This document shows positions 1-12,719 of a DNA stretch of 64,000 bases, in pieces. Location: NCBI GenBank assembly GCA_035084275.1, contig JAYJKW010000106.1, forward strand, positions 806,001 to 870,000. Reading direction: 5' to 3'. The DNA is from Hydrolagus colliei. Taxonomy: Eukaryota. The notes below the pieces were generated by a model. That model ran no database searches. It was not told where the DNA came from and saw only the letters and a list, made by a program, of their open reading frames with translations. Every line of letters begins with the position of its first letter. Positions within the stretch are counted from its first letter, which is position 1. The position numbers and the translations under genes are program-made.

Positions 1-99
1 AGAATCCGTTGACAGAAGAAAAGCGGAGACGATATGAGAAGTAGTACCTGAAACAGTCTTGGACAGAAATCTGCAGGTTGACGTGAGAGGAGATGAAGT

Positions 100-1110
100 C
101 GAGGAGGATTTAGTGTTCCACAGTGTCAATGGCAGAGCATGTATTTCAAGATCCTGGTCCTCACTTTCAACGCCCTTTCAAACAACAACAACAACAACGT
201 AATTATAGTTATGGAGCCGTTGAATTTCCTTCAATTTCCACCAAACTAACACCAATAAGACGGAGGCCCACCTGATCGGCTCCGCGCCTCAGTCACTGTC
301 AACAGCAACATTCCAGGCTGCTCTTTCCACCTCTCGATGCCAGTCAGGAATCTGGGCTTCATTTTTAATCCTGAACTGACCTTCCTCCCTTATATCCGCG
401 CCATGACCGGTACAGCCTTTCACTGCATCCGTAACATTGCCAGACTCCGCCACTGCCTCACCCCCCCATTGCTGCTGAAACACTCATAGACGCCTTCGTT
501 ACATCTAGGCTCGAGTACGGGATGTCTCTGCTCATCGGCCTTCTTTGCTCCTCACTTCACAGGCTGCAGATCATTCAGAATTCTGCAGCTCATGTTCTCT
601 CCCGCACTGGGCTCCGCAGACACATCCCACAGAGTATCCCACAATTGCCCATCACCACTGGCTCCCCATCCCACAGAGCATCGAACTCAAGATACTCGTC
701 CTCACCTTCAAGGCCATTCACGGCCTTGCCCACGACTATCTCTACGACCTGTTGTCTCTCTATTAGCCTGCCCGTCCCCTCCAATCAGCAGGTTTTGTCC
801 TGCTCCACGTCCACTGCCCTAGCCACCGTACGATCTGTGGCCGTGATTTCAGCCCGTCTGCTCCCACAGTATCGAACACCATCCCGCAATTCCTTCGACT
901 CTCTTTCATTCTTCAAGGCAGGTCTAAAGAACCTCCTATTCGACCGTGTCTTCTGCTGCCCTCCTAACACTTCCCCATCTCCTCCTCTCATTCTCCTTCC
1001 CCCTACCCCGACCCTTCCCCACCTGCTCGGGTTTCGACCTGATTGTTTAGCGCGTCAAGACGTCCGCCCATCGTGAAATACGCTCGAAAATGTAATTTTA
1101 TTGTTGTTCA
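100..1110 (+). mobile_element. L2-clade LINE 3' fragment, degenerate
   Basis: Frameshifted RT C-terminal motifs (LHRLQIIQNSAAHVLSRT, HWLPIPQSIELKILVLTFKAIHGLA) and an L2-type 3' end with a TTG tail near 1100. Homologous to 27915-28590, 39680-40375 and 46200-47080. Confidence 0.85.
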
Positions 1111-1499
1111 CGTCGGGAGCACATACCATGGTGCTCCATGCCCTTCTTCCAGCCTACATCTGTCATCCCATAACACCCTACCAACGCGTCCATTGCATGC
1201 ACTCAGCTGGCTCCTTCCTGCTTCATGACCTTCACTTTGCTACTCCAACATTGCCATTCGAGCCATCAGCTTCTATCCCGCAGAATCTTCTGCTCGACTG
1301 CTCCGTGATCGCCATCAGAACATATCCATTTTGTGTCCATGCCTTTGGTCGACACTTTTGATCCCTGCCATAGTCCATCCTCCCTAACCTTGACACTAGC
1401 AGCATGGGTCCGAACACTGATTGTCCATCGCATTGGCACGACCACTTAACTTGAAATGTACATTCACAAGTTATCTTATTGCTGTTCCGCTCATCACAA

Positions 1500-2100
1500 C
1501 GCAAACTGGATATTACAGAGATTGAAAAGATACAGAGGAAAACAACCACATTGGTTGAGGGGATAGAATCCCTGAATTCAGGTTTGGTTAAATTGACCAA
1601 TGTTTGGATACAAGAATAATCATTGAAACTGATAGGTCTGTTTCCTTTATAAAAGCTGGATAGATAGTCAATGGATAAAAGCCAAGAAAGGTGGACGAAT
1701 GTTACAACAAAGTTTTCTTCAAATTCCTTGTTGATGAAACACTTGGTTATCAGGATTATGATCTACAGAAGGAGGCTTTTGTGTCCATGCTGGAAAGCTC
1801 GGTCCAAACTAATCCCACTCCGCCATGAGCTAACCAAAGGCCTGTATGTTTTCCCTCCCCAAATAACTATCTACATCTCTCTTGAAAGTTCTTATCAAAT
1901 CGGCTCCCTTCAGCCATTCAGGCAATGCATTCCAAATACGACTGAATCGCTGTGTGAAGAAAAACTACCTGCTTCTTTACATTTGTTTAACCATTTGCCC
2001 ACCGGTATTTACACGCAAAATTCGCACATAATATTGAAAACCTCTATTAAGACTTGTCTTATCCTTCTCTGCTACAATGGGAATATACATGGGAAATCTC
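1500..2100. mobile_element. old CR1 LINE fragments in both orientations
   Basis: Degenerate similarity to the CR1 3' region at 26140-27056 (e.g. gagattgaaaagatacagaggaaaacaacc; caggcaatgcattccaaatacgactgaatcgctgtgtgaag). Confidence 0.5.
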
Positions 2101-3660
2101 CTGTGCACCTACTCATAGGCGTTGACATACAGAATGCTATGCCATCCAAACACTTCGCCGTGTACAAACTCCAATTACTTGACATTGTCTTTGAAATCGT
2201 TATTGCTTCACATTTTCACTTTTTCCTCTTCTACCATTCCTTTCATGGCCTGTACAATTGGTGTATAGTGTTCCTCACAGCATTGAAGCTACATTGGTCA
2301 ACATGACAAACGATATCCTGTTCATCAACAGGACTCCTCTTTCTCCTCTTCCACGTTGAACACTACTCTCGCCCTACCACGTGTCACTGATTCCGCTTCC
2401 ACCGCCTTTCTTCATGAATGTCTCTTCCATGCATCACTATGGTTATTATAGTGTTCGTTTGTGTTCTGTCTTTAGACCGCTCAGATGTCCTCTCTGACTC
2501 TCAATTAGACTACACGGTATCTTATGTGCTGTCAGATAATCTGAAGGCATCATTTTCTGGATAAAAGACAAATTCCTGTAGCTGAATGTCTGCAAGGTTG
2601 ACGACATTGATCCTCCAGGTTGGTTGTGTGGAACTCTTCCACACTACAGGCATTGGGATCATCTGCGTCCAATGATGCACATTCCAACTCAACAAATGAA
2701 TCAGGAACCTAGGAATCTTGTGCAATCGTCAACTGTACTTTAGCCCAATATTCACGACACACTCTGTCTTCCCTCACCTCCATAAGATTGCTAACTGCAA
2801 CGCGTAGACTGCCATAACCCTGCTATATGTATGTATATATCATGTCCATTCGCGACTGCAAGACCCTGCCTTTTGATTCTTCCAAATCTTCCCTCCACAA
2901 GCTGGAGATCATATAGAACTGTAGCTAGTATCCTATCGTATATCAGACGGCTTTTCGTGCGTCCACTAATTTTCTCCTCAGACTTTACAACTTTGTCCAG
3001 CAACTTCTGATACCAAAGGTAATCCTTGCACTTCATGTAGTGCTTTTCGTGTCTTCTAGATGTCTCATAGCACTTCACGGAATATATTGTGAAATTAATT
3101 TGGGCTAATCACGGCAAACAATTGTTCACAACAGTGTCCCACAAACAGATTAAAATGAACAATTTTGTTATTGTGTTATTTTTGGATGGGTTATTAACTG
3201 CTAAATTGTGCAAGGTTGTGTTCCTTATAACCAAGTTCAATTCAATGCTAGTCAGTGAAATCATGTATTCTAATAAAGAAATAAGAAGTTTCTGAATATA
3301 GCTTTGAGAAATGTTGGCACAATAAAATGACCAATATGGTAGTGTGTTTTATAACTTTTGTCTCTGATTCATTGTGTTTACTTAGTCTTCGTATAATAAG
3401 GAATAAAATAGTCTTCTTTGAATTGGATATTGCACCGTTCGCCTGTTCTAGACGTCTCAAATTACTTCCCATTTCATACTCTACACTAAAACGTTTGTGC
3501 AGGAATTGTGGCAGCTACCATTGTCTCACAAACTGTCATCAAATGTAGTTTATTGTTGAGTTTTTTTTTTGATGAATTACTATCAGGCGTGTAGAGTAAG
3601 AAAACGTTCCAACGTTTTGCGCTGTTGGAAATTTAATGAACATTTCGCTTATGAGTTTAA

Positions 3661-3748
3661 TGCTCCAACCACTGAGTTACAGCACTTCAACCACTGAGCT
3701 CCAGGACTCCCAACATCTGAGACACATTATTCCAACCACTGAGCTATA
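3661..3748 (-). repeat. four tandem ~22-bp copies of the tRNA/SINE A-box segment
   Basis: CAACCACTGAG occurs at about 3666, 3688 and 3733, with a degenerate copy between the last two. The reverse complement reads TAGCTCAGTGGTTGGA, matching the local SINE head. Confidence 0.7.
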
Positions 3749-4358
3749 GTGGATTACAAAGTAAATTTCGGTAGAGAAAATGTCTTGAGAAATAATATGC
3801 AATAAAAATGAGTAATGTCAATTAACCAGACAATAAGCAGATACATATTGGAAAATTAAATTAGTCAACAAAAGTGAACTCTAAATTGATTTGCTGTGCA
3901 TGGTGTGTTCCTGAAGTCCGCATGTTGTATTTAACAAACTATCGAATGAATATATATGGGGGAGGCCAAGAGTTACAGAATGAAGTTGTAGCCACTCTGC
4001 ATATTATTGGTTGATTCGGGGGTGTCCTTAAATGTTCTTTGAAAATAACCATCCGCACTGTCATAATACTATTAATTTAATGGTATTCCCCGCGAGAGAT
4101 AAAAGATATAGCGAGGAAGAAAGATATGAAATCTTGCAATACAGGCCAGATGGTCTAACATCAGTGGTACGGAAATATATACCTCCACCTCAACCAGAAC
4201 GACTCTGTCCTAGACTGTTTCATGTCCTTCCACTGACACCTTCTCTACTTTGCCTCTGTCATTGGTTTCTATTCCAACCCCTGCACAGTTTCCTGCCGTA
4301 ATCCTCAGGATCGTGGATACAGAGAAAACTATCCACAGCTCAATGTGTGCCAAGCCGC

Positions 4359-5065
4359 TGTTAGAGATTCGACCAATGCGTGAAATGCACTAGAGTCGTA
4401 TCTCATCAAAACAGGTTGTTTATTCAGGCTAACCCGTCAGGGCTTGACACTAAACACAGGGATCCCTTAATGGTGTATACTGTCCAGCAAGGGATTGATT
4501 CTTTATCCGCTGTAACCTAATACTCTCCTCTGTTTGGTGGTGTATACTGTCCACCCCAATACTCTCCTCTGTTTGGTGGTGTATACTGTCCACCCCAATG
4601 CTCTCCTCTGTTTAGTGGTGTATACTGTCCAGCAAGAGGTTGATTCTTTATCCTCTGCAACCTACTGTCTTTGTTAGAGTATCTTCCATCAGTTGTTTCT
4701 CCTTCTCGAGAGCGGCTTGGCTACTGTCACGTAACAGTGTCTTCCATCAGGTCCTTCTCCTCCTGCTCTTCCGTCTCCGCTCTGCTTATTCCTTTGTCTC
4801 GACGCTTTTAAAAGGTCAAGGCTCTTGCGGTCACGTGTCGCCAGACCAGTTACTCAGCCAATTGCAAGACCTCACTCTGGCCTTGTACCTCCATTGACCA
4901 TGCTTGCTTTGGCACTCACACACTGTTTGGCGCCTAAATATCACATGACCAGCAATGCCCATATTAGGCTTGATACATGCCCTACAATGATTGGATTGAT
5001 TTTACAAATCGCAACAGTCCACACCTTGATGCCGAATTAACATGAGGCATCATAATTACTTAACA
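4359..5065 (-). mobile_element. solo LTR (707 bp)
   Basis: Termini TGTTAG...TTAACA; flanks AGCCGC/AGACGC (6-bp TSD, one mismatch); minus-strand AATAAA near 4420; internal 39-bp tandem repeats at ~4470-4665. Confidence 0.7.
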
Positions 5066-6852
5066 AGACGCACAAATGCATGAATCGCAACAATGTTTCT
5101 TGTGGATAAAACAATGAAGTGATATGGGAATAACTCGGGGCATGTGGAGCTAGGTTAGAATTTCTGCTTCCCTCACGACTCTTTCCCAACCTCCTGAATC
5201 TCTACCGACCCTCCCCACTACCCTGCACATCTCGTACGCTCACTTCAGCACCTGACTGTTCAGCACCTTAGTACGTCCTCCCAATGTGAAATGCGCTCTA
5301 TGGATATAATATTGTTGTTGAAGTTGTTGTTCAACAACATCCTCAGTTTAAACTCTCATCTGAAAGGCCGCTCCAAAGGCAAAGCAATAAGTCGCCATCA
5401 AAATAATTAAATGACAATTTTGCTAACCAAGAGGCTCGAAGGCACCCAGTGAGCCAGACTGAAAACTTTGCGAATGGTACCGCAGTTCATAATCAGACGC
5501 GTGAAATGTCTGAAAGACTTATTGGGATTGTGTGGAGTGCTAACCAATTCAACATCAGATGTTTAAATTTCAGCAGTAATCAAAGCGACAATATTGGATT
5601 CCGAAGCCTTTGATTCTTCCCATTTCAGCCAAGTTTCTCAATATGTTATTTCAAATAATGTTACTCTAATAATAATCCTGATAATTCGTATCATTCTTTA
5701 TCATTTATTCAAAACGCCCACACCAACGCTCACAGTTTATATCTTGCAGCGATTTCTTTATTGTGAATTTTTGGTTGAAGCGTAAGGATATAACCATATT
5801 CTAGACCAACAAATAGACATTTAGTTCGCCTTCCATCTTCCTACTTGTTGCAGTCATGTATATCCTTGAACAACATATGTACTAAATGACAATAATTCCT
5901 AAAATAAACCTAAGCTCTTTCTTTCAATCAACACTTAGACCTTAAACAGTATCCTTAGGGAATATGTTCCAAAGCTTTACTGTTTGATTATTGGAATAGT
6001 GCTTCTATAGATTCGAAATACAAGGTAAACCTTGCGCACAGTAAAGTGTAAGATTCGTCCATAAAGTGACTGATCAATTGTATCTGTGGGACTGTTGGCC
6101 TGCAAAATTACAAAATCTCCCTGGACTATTTGAAATGGGAGCTGAGATATTGTGGCTTCCGCATGTACAGACAGCCAGTACCACATTTGCACAGCTATTT
6201 CGCAAATGCAATGCATCACACAGACACACAGTCACTCACACACACACATACAGACACAAACACACTCACAGTGAGAGAGAGGGAGAGACGGACAGAGATA
6301 GAGACATTTAGAGATTTGCTCCTTTGCGGCTGATAAGCATATCACAGCCAGGTGTATACAATGTAAGGCAGTATATGGGAATTGTATGGCAGTATTATCC
6401 TTTGTGGAAAGCGTTATCACCTTTAACGTGTTAAACTACAGCAGTGACCTCAGCGCCCTGTACACACTGTGGTCACAAAGGCCTTTGTCCCTCCCAAGCT
6501 GTGCCCAATGCTGTAGGTAATGGGTTCAATGCTGGTGAGTGGCCCCTGTGTAGACAATGTACACACACACTCCAGGCTGGGGAATACTGTGTGTAGGTGG
6601 GGGACATACACTCACATGTGCATCTCTGTGATTGTTTAGATACTTTAACAACAACACATTGCACTGACACACGGTGGCGTGTGTGGTGTTGTGGGCCTGG
6701 GTTTCATCAGGGGATGGACACCCAGCTGCCCCCAAATTACATCATTGGGGTGAATTGCGTAACTCAGGGCAGATAATGTTTTGTTTGCACACGGCACAAA
6801 CTCTCCCAGGATCATGCGGTAAAATTGCTCAAAGGAGCGTTCCCCACTTTCC

Positions 6853-6860
6853 TTTAAATA
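6853..6860 (+). promoter_or_regulatory. TATA-like box of GPCR gene 1
   Basis: TTTAAATA about 90 nt upstream of the ATG at 6945. Similar boxes lie at similar distances before GPCR genes 3 and 4. Confidence 0.4.
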
Positions 6861-6944
6861 AGACCCCGTTTCATGCTCTTGAGAAACACTATTTTTTGCG
6901 TGAGTTGCCTTCTGTAGAAGAGGATTCATTTTGTCTCAGTGAAG

Positions 6945-9458
6945 ATGGCAAATCTGATCATTTGGAGAATTGAAGACATTTACTACCCGATTCTCGCTGC
7001 TGTTGGAATTCCTGGCAAGTGATTTATCCACTTGATTATTTTAGGTGAGTTTGCACTAAAGTCTGTAACCTGACTCAGTTCAGCAATCTCACCTTTCAAT
7101 GAGCAAACGGTAGTTTATCTAATCCTTGAATTTCCCTGTTTGTCCCTTGAAATCTCCCTGCCCCTTTTCGTGATACTGACCGTTGACGATCAAATAAATT
7201 GTGAGGGCTTGAGTTCTTAACTAAGTGCGGTAGCGAGAATAAAAGCGTAGTAACAAATCTCCAGTTTCCTGCTTAAGTATTAGAGATTGTAGTGCGCCAT
7301 TCAAAAGAGAAAATAGATAAGGTGAACTTGATGGCATTTTGATTATGTAATTCTTTTTTGTTACTCCATACAATAATTATTTCACCATTTAGTAACTGTA
7401 TAGTGGTGGTTCGCTATTGTGAACATCTGACTACCGAATTTCCACACAACATCAAGTCGACTCGCTTTACAGTATATTCTGTGAAGAGATTTCAGACGAT
7501 AAGCAGACGATAAGATATTATATCTAACACAAGTTTCCAGACTAATCTCTATTATTCGCCGTTTACCGGCTGAATCGGGGAGGTGTGAGCTTTGGTTCCA
7601 TGAACGAACATTCGACTCCATCAAAAAACAAACAATCACCATTTGTGAAGCGCCTTTCACATGGGAGAGCGTCTGAACACTTACACACAGTGCTGGGTTG
7701 CAAAGAGGATGAATCTCTGTATGACGAATATTTATGTTCAAATTAAAGAATGCTGTGAATGTGGCTAATGGTAGAGAGATTGACTGATCCTCTGTGCAAA
7801 CCCAGCATTGTATGTCAGCACACAGTGAGGGGAGTGACCGGTGTTATCTCAGAAAGTTTGGGGCAGGACACGGCGAGGTATTTGCTCCATGTTAAGATGT
7901 CTTAAACAATAGACAATTTGCTGTATCAAACGCTAGGCATATGTGTTTATTAATTTTGCGTTTCTAAATGACCATTAAATGACCTCTCTCGGTTTATCTC
8001 AGTTTGAACGTATCTCTATTAATATGCCTACTTCTGTAAGTGAACGACGCATATTCTAAATGTGGCTGTATCTCTGCCAGCACCTCTCCCTTTCTCTCTG
8101 TTGGTATGTGTTTGTGTCTATTGTGATGTGTGTTTCTTTCTGAACATGAACGACAGTCTCTGTCTGTTACATTCGTTATCTGTGTTCTTGTCTTTCCCTT
8201 ACTGTGGCGTTTCTTCCGCATTTCGCTCTGTGTATGTTTGTGTTTGTTTATCTCTCCGACTATAGTGTATCCATCTCGCTCATTCTCTTTGTCTGTTTCT
8301 CTACACCACTCTCTCTCCAACGACCGCTCTCGCTCTCTCTCTCTTCCCCGCTCTCTCACTGTCGCTCAGTATATCTATCAATTTCTCCCCCCTCCCCCCC
8401 ACTCCCACCGTCCCACTACCCATTTTCTTTGTCACTTTTCGGTGGGCAGCCGGGTGGTGGACATCGAGACACGTTCAGCAAATTGTAATCTTTACCAATG
8501 AATATTTATGTCTGATCATTTCTTTCTCTTTATCTCTGTAGTCAACCTATTGGCGATTGTTGTCCTGGCTCGAGGGAGGTGCGGTCTCTCCAAGTGCATC
8601 TCCATGTATCTGTTGGCCATGTCAGTGGCTGATCTGACGGTGGTTACTTCCACGGTGATCTTTGCTGTCATTGTACCTATGTACTTCAGGAATCCGTTCG
8701 TGTTCATCACTCCCGTGTGCCGGGTGCTAATTATACTGGAATTTGCAACAAGGGAAACCTCTGTCTGGTTCACTATCGCTTTCACCTTTGATCGATATGT
8801 CGCCATCTGTTGGCAAAAACGAAAAGATAAATATTGCTCCGAAAAAACAGCTGCTGCCGTGATAGCGGGGCTGAGTGTTGTCTTCACTGTGAAAAACATT
8901 CCCTGGTATTTTGCATATGAATCCGAATTCACAATTGACAAGAAACCCTGGGGATGCATTCCTACACCAAACTTTTACACTTCACTCCCATGGATAGTGT
9001 TTGACTGGCTCGGCATCACTGTCACCCCTTTTCTCCCGTATGTTCTGATTTTGCTGCTCAACGCCCTGACTGTCAGCCACATACTGGTGGCCAGTCGAGC
9101 TCGCAGGAGATTGCGGGGACACAGTGATGGGGACAGAACTAGAGGTGAGAGAGACAGTGATCCAGAGATGAAAAACAGGAGGAAATCCATCGTTTTACTG
9201 TTTGCTGTTTCTGCCAATTTTATATTATTATGGATAGCATATATTCTGTTATCATTATACTGGAAGATTACACGCGACTATGTGTACTCGGGGTATAATG
9301 ATCCTAAGTATATTATCTATCGAACTGGCTTCATGTTGCAGATGTTGAGCTGCTGTACAAACACATTTATTTACGCTGTGACTCAGACTAAATTCAGAGA
9401 GGAGATTAAGAAAGTGCTGGCATTTCCTGTTACACTAATTGTGAGATTATTTCATTGA
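6945..9458 (+). CDS. GPR139/GPR142-like class A GPCR, gene 1 (2 exons, 328 aa)
   Basis: Exon 1 6945-7014 (MANLIIWRIEDIYYPILAAVGIP+G) with donor GCAAGT. Acceptor tctgtAG ends at 8541; exon 2 8542-9458 is in frame (VNLLAIVVL...). Seven TM segments, FDRY, NTFIY; resembles GPR139 (YY...GLP|ANIL, LEFSS..SIW.T...DRY.A.C). Confidence 0.92.
7688..7810. mobile_element. internally deleted MITE in the intron of GPCR gene 1
   Basis: Terminal inverted repeats cagtgctgggttgcaaagaggat / atcctctgtgcaaacccagcattg, with TA on the right flank. The longer copy is at 21464-21903. Confidence 0.55.
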
Positions 9459-9559
9459 CAAATTTTCCCACTGCTGTGTGTGTGTCTTTGTGACGCGATA
9501 GACACAGTGACTGGGTCCCTATGAGCCTACCCGTCCCATCATCATGTAGCACGTAATGT

Positions 9560-9860
9560 TGTCTTCTGGAGATCATCAAGTGAATAAAATCAATAATCAT
9601 GAATAAAAGTGCATCACAGAATATTCTGTGTAATGTATTGACTGTTAGTGTAGTTGTGTGCAAATCACAGCAGTGTTGCGTAACGTAGTGACTCACAAAC
9701 AGGTATGGATTCAAAATACCTATTTATAATTGTTTTTCTCGAGCGATTATCATGAATCGTGTGGCGTAAGGAAACTTGCCCAAAGTTGTACCATGTTCAG
9801 AATTGAACCCAGAACTCTCGCTTGTAAGTAGCGTGCTCTAACCACTGAGCTATAAGACAC
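9560..9860 (-). mobile_element. tRNA-headed SINE
   Basis: Minus-strand A box (TAGCTCAGTGGTTAGAGC) and B box (GGTTCAATTC) at ~9800-9855, with a degenerate body. Mirror copy at ~19430-19740. Confidence 0.7.
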
Positions 9861-10069
9861 TACACCTGGTTGTGTTTGTCAGTGCATGTGTCTCTGTTAG
9901 TGCTTGACTCTATGCCACTGCATGTGTCTGCGAAAGCAAAATAGCTGGAGAGACACAGATAGTGTTAGCACCACATGTATGTGAGCACGTAAACCTTTTT
10001 CCCAATGTATGTGTGTGTGAGAGAGAGAGCGAGAGAGAGAGAGGGACTGAGTGCTGTAATATATCTCGT

Positions 10070-10380
10070 TGCAGCGTCCTGTATCTCAGTTCTGGCACTC
10101 GCCATAAAAGCGTGAGACGTGTGTCCGAATCCAGGCAGGTTAGCTCGAAACCTTGGGAACGTTTCCTTACTGCATACGTCGAATTCTAATCCCTAAAAAA
10201 AAACTATAAGAAATTGTTCATTTCAATCAACGACTGTTTGTGGGGCACTGCTGTGCGCAATTGGATGTGCTGTATTGCTCACACATCTAACTTCAATTCA
10301 CTTTACGGTATATTGTTTGAAGCGGTTTGAGACACAGTTTAGTAAATTCCAACAGTGCTCTATCGAACGCAAGGATTAAT
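10070..10380 (+). mobile_element. tRNA-headed SINE with L2-type tail
   Basis: Colinear with the full-length SINE at 12055-12378. Mirror copy at ~18925-19225. Confidence 0.75.
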
Positions 10381-10489
10381 ATGAAGACGTAAAAGTTCGT
10401 TCAGAAGGAGCTAGTTAGACTAACACCGAAAGTAGAAACAGAATCTGGCAGTGGGAGACCGCATGTGGTTTGCTCAGTAAATTGGAGGC

Positions 10490-10790
10490 TTTGATTTGAC
10501 AATAAATATATTTTGCAAAGAACGCTTGCTCTGGGTTGAGTGTGATTTTGTGCGTGTAATACATTCGTTGTTTTGGGGGTTCGTATAATATACAACGAGG
10601 CGTCGATATCAGACAAGTCAACTCACTTCTTACGAATGGAAATCATTTAACCTGTTCGATACTATGACACTATCGTGTTCCCATTCACTCTGATTTTGTT
10701 GGCCAAACTTCTGACTGACAGCCACATTTTCGTGGCAGTAGAGCCCACAAATGATCGTGGGAGTGCGGAAAATAAGACGGGAATAAAGTT
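10490..10790 (+). pseudogene. decayed GPR139-like GPCR remnant (TM4-TM5)
   Basis: Translates with stops and frameshifts to SGLSVILCV*YIRCF, TSYEWKSFNLFDTMT and FPFTLILLAKLLTDSHIFVA. These match AGLSVVFTVKNIPWYF, TSLPWIVFDWLGITVT and LPYVLILLLNALTVSHILVA of gene 1. Confidence 0.75.
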
Positions 10791-11074
10791 TTGAGTGAGT
10801 GAATGTGTGTACAATTGACTGCCGCGTTTCACCCACACATTCCATCGTCCATTCGTGTTACAATATGTTCTTTGATGCGCTTAGAGACATTTTGAGGAAG
10901 TGGTATTGCGCTATATCGATTCTATGTATTAGTATCATTCATATTGTAAACAATTTACCCTTTCCATGGATAGGCCATAGTGCATTTCAGTTCACTGTTG
11001 CTCACGCAACCCTCTCCATGTCGAGGTATAACATTAACTCTTTCCTGATCCTTTGTAAATGAATTCTTAGTCTT

Positions 11075-12700
11075 CTCACTGGGGAACTATATAATTACTG
11101 AGTTCACAGTTTAATTTGCTTAGTGATGTACAAACGTATCACAACAACAAAATTACACTCGCATAGAGTTCATAGATTGAAGCCTTGAGTTACATGTGGA
11201 ATTATGACCTGATCGATTCTAAGCATTAGTATTATCAATAATATTGTCATTTTCCCCATTCCAAGAATGATACAAGTTACCTCTCGTCACTCCCTTCTTC
11301 ACACATCCCACCCCACATAAAGCGATCATTTGAACTCAGTCTTCAAAAATGGTTCGTAACCAACACACTGCGAAATTAATTAAATACTTGATAGACAGTT
11401 TTAATTTACTTGATGATGTACAAACGTATAAATCATATACATTGAACTCTTGAGCTACATGTGGAGTTAGTGATATTCAATAAACCATCATGACAACAAC
11501 TTTCTAACTGTATGTCGTCCACAAAATATGGAGTCAGTTCACTTTACAGTGTATCCTGTCAATCACTACTGATACTTTTCGAAGGCATGAGATGAGCAAC
11601 CACAACAATAATAAAATTACACTTGTATAACGCCTTTCACGTCAGGAGGACGTCCCAATGCGATGGCCAGTTACGGTCTCAAAGCTGAACTGAGGAGAGA
11701 TCGGGTGAGACGGAAGGCGGGGATTAATGATAAGAATCCTTGCATATATTATTGCATTTGATAACTTCTACATGTCTCCGAGCGCTTCACAGACTATGCT
11801 GTACTGTGCCGCAGGAAGGCGTGGAGATACTGGGTAAACATACAAGAACATAAGAATCAGGAGCAGAGGAAGAATATAACTCCATATGTCCCTTATTCGC
11901 CTAATTCCCATATCCTTTAATACCTTGATCGATAATAAATCTATCAATTCCAGGCTTTAATGGGTTCAAGCAATGAGCATCTATAGTTTTCGGGGAAGAG
12001 AATTCCATAAATTAACTTATATCTGAGTGAATAATTGTATTGTCAACTCAGTGCGACCTCCTGTAGCTCATTGGTTAGAACACTTGTCTTGCAAGCTGGG
12101 GAGACCAAGCTGGGGAGACCTGTGTTCGAATCCAGGCATGTCAGCGCGAAACCTTGGGCAGGTTTCCTTACTCCACACACACGCCTAATGATAATCACTC
12201 ACTAAAAAAACCACAATAATAAAATTGGTCATTTCAATCGACGACTATGTGTGCGCAATTCGCTGGCACGATTCGCCCACAAATATATAAAATAAATTCA
12301 CCTTGCAGTATATTCTGTGAAGCGCTTTGGAACGTTGATAAGATATGGAAAGCGCTATATCAAATGCAAGGATTATAAAGTGCTGACCCCAAATTTTAAG
12401 TCTTTGAACCTTGGTTATAGTTTCTCATTCTGCCATATTCAAGAGAATACAGGCCTAGTTTTAATAGACAAACCTGTCTTCACAGCCGAGCTCCTTTATC
12501 CCAGGAACAAACATAGGGGATGATTCGCTTGGGGAATTAATTAATTACTTAATTCAAAGTGTAAATTACTTGGTGATGTACCAACGTATAACAACAATAA
12601 AACTTTACTTGTATAGAGCTCATAGATTGAAGCCTTGAGTTACATGTGGAATTATGACTTGATCGATTCCAAGCATCATTATTATAACTAATATTACTAA
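11075..12700 (+). repeat. three dispersed direct copies of a ~100-170 bp unit (about 11075-11245, 11375-11470, 12530-12700)
   Basis: Shared core gtgatgtacaaacgtat...ttgagttacatgtggaattatga. All three copies are mirrored in the right arm. Confidence 0.75.
12055..12378 (+). mobile_element. full-length tRNA-headed SINE with Deu-like core and L2-derived tail
   Basis: A box TAGCTCATTGG, B box TGTTCGAATCC, core tgtgtgcgcaattcgctg, tail gtgaagcgctttgg...aaagcgctatatcaaatgcaag. Mirror copy at ~16935-17255. Confidence 0.85.
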
Positions 12701-12719
12701 TAGAGAATTAAATAAATAA

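Noticed and set aside
1671-2306. 211-aa ORF
   Set aside because: It crosses degenerate CR1 fragments and has no recognisable domain.
4470-4665. Regularly spaced repeats resembling a CRISPR array
   Set aside because: The intervening sequences are themselves repeated, there are no cas genes, the context is eukaryotic, and the repeats lie inside an LTR.
8508-8541. ORF-track start MSDHFFLFISV (also the starts at 20768, 45736 and 59996)
   Set aside because: These are polypyrimidine acceptor tracts read in frame; true first exons with the YYP motif were found upstream.
8516-9217. Antisense ORFs over the GPCR exons (also 19912-20784, 45015-45457, 60604-60801)
   Set aside because: They are shadow frames of the receptor coding strand, with no independent evidence.
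12055-12135. SINE heads as tRNA genes (also near 39285, 48655 and 30380)
   Set aside because: They continue into SINE body sequence and do not form full cloverleaves.
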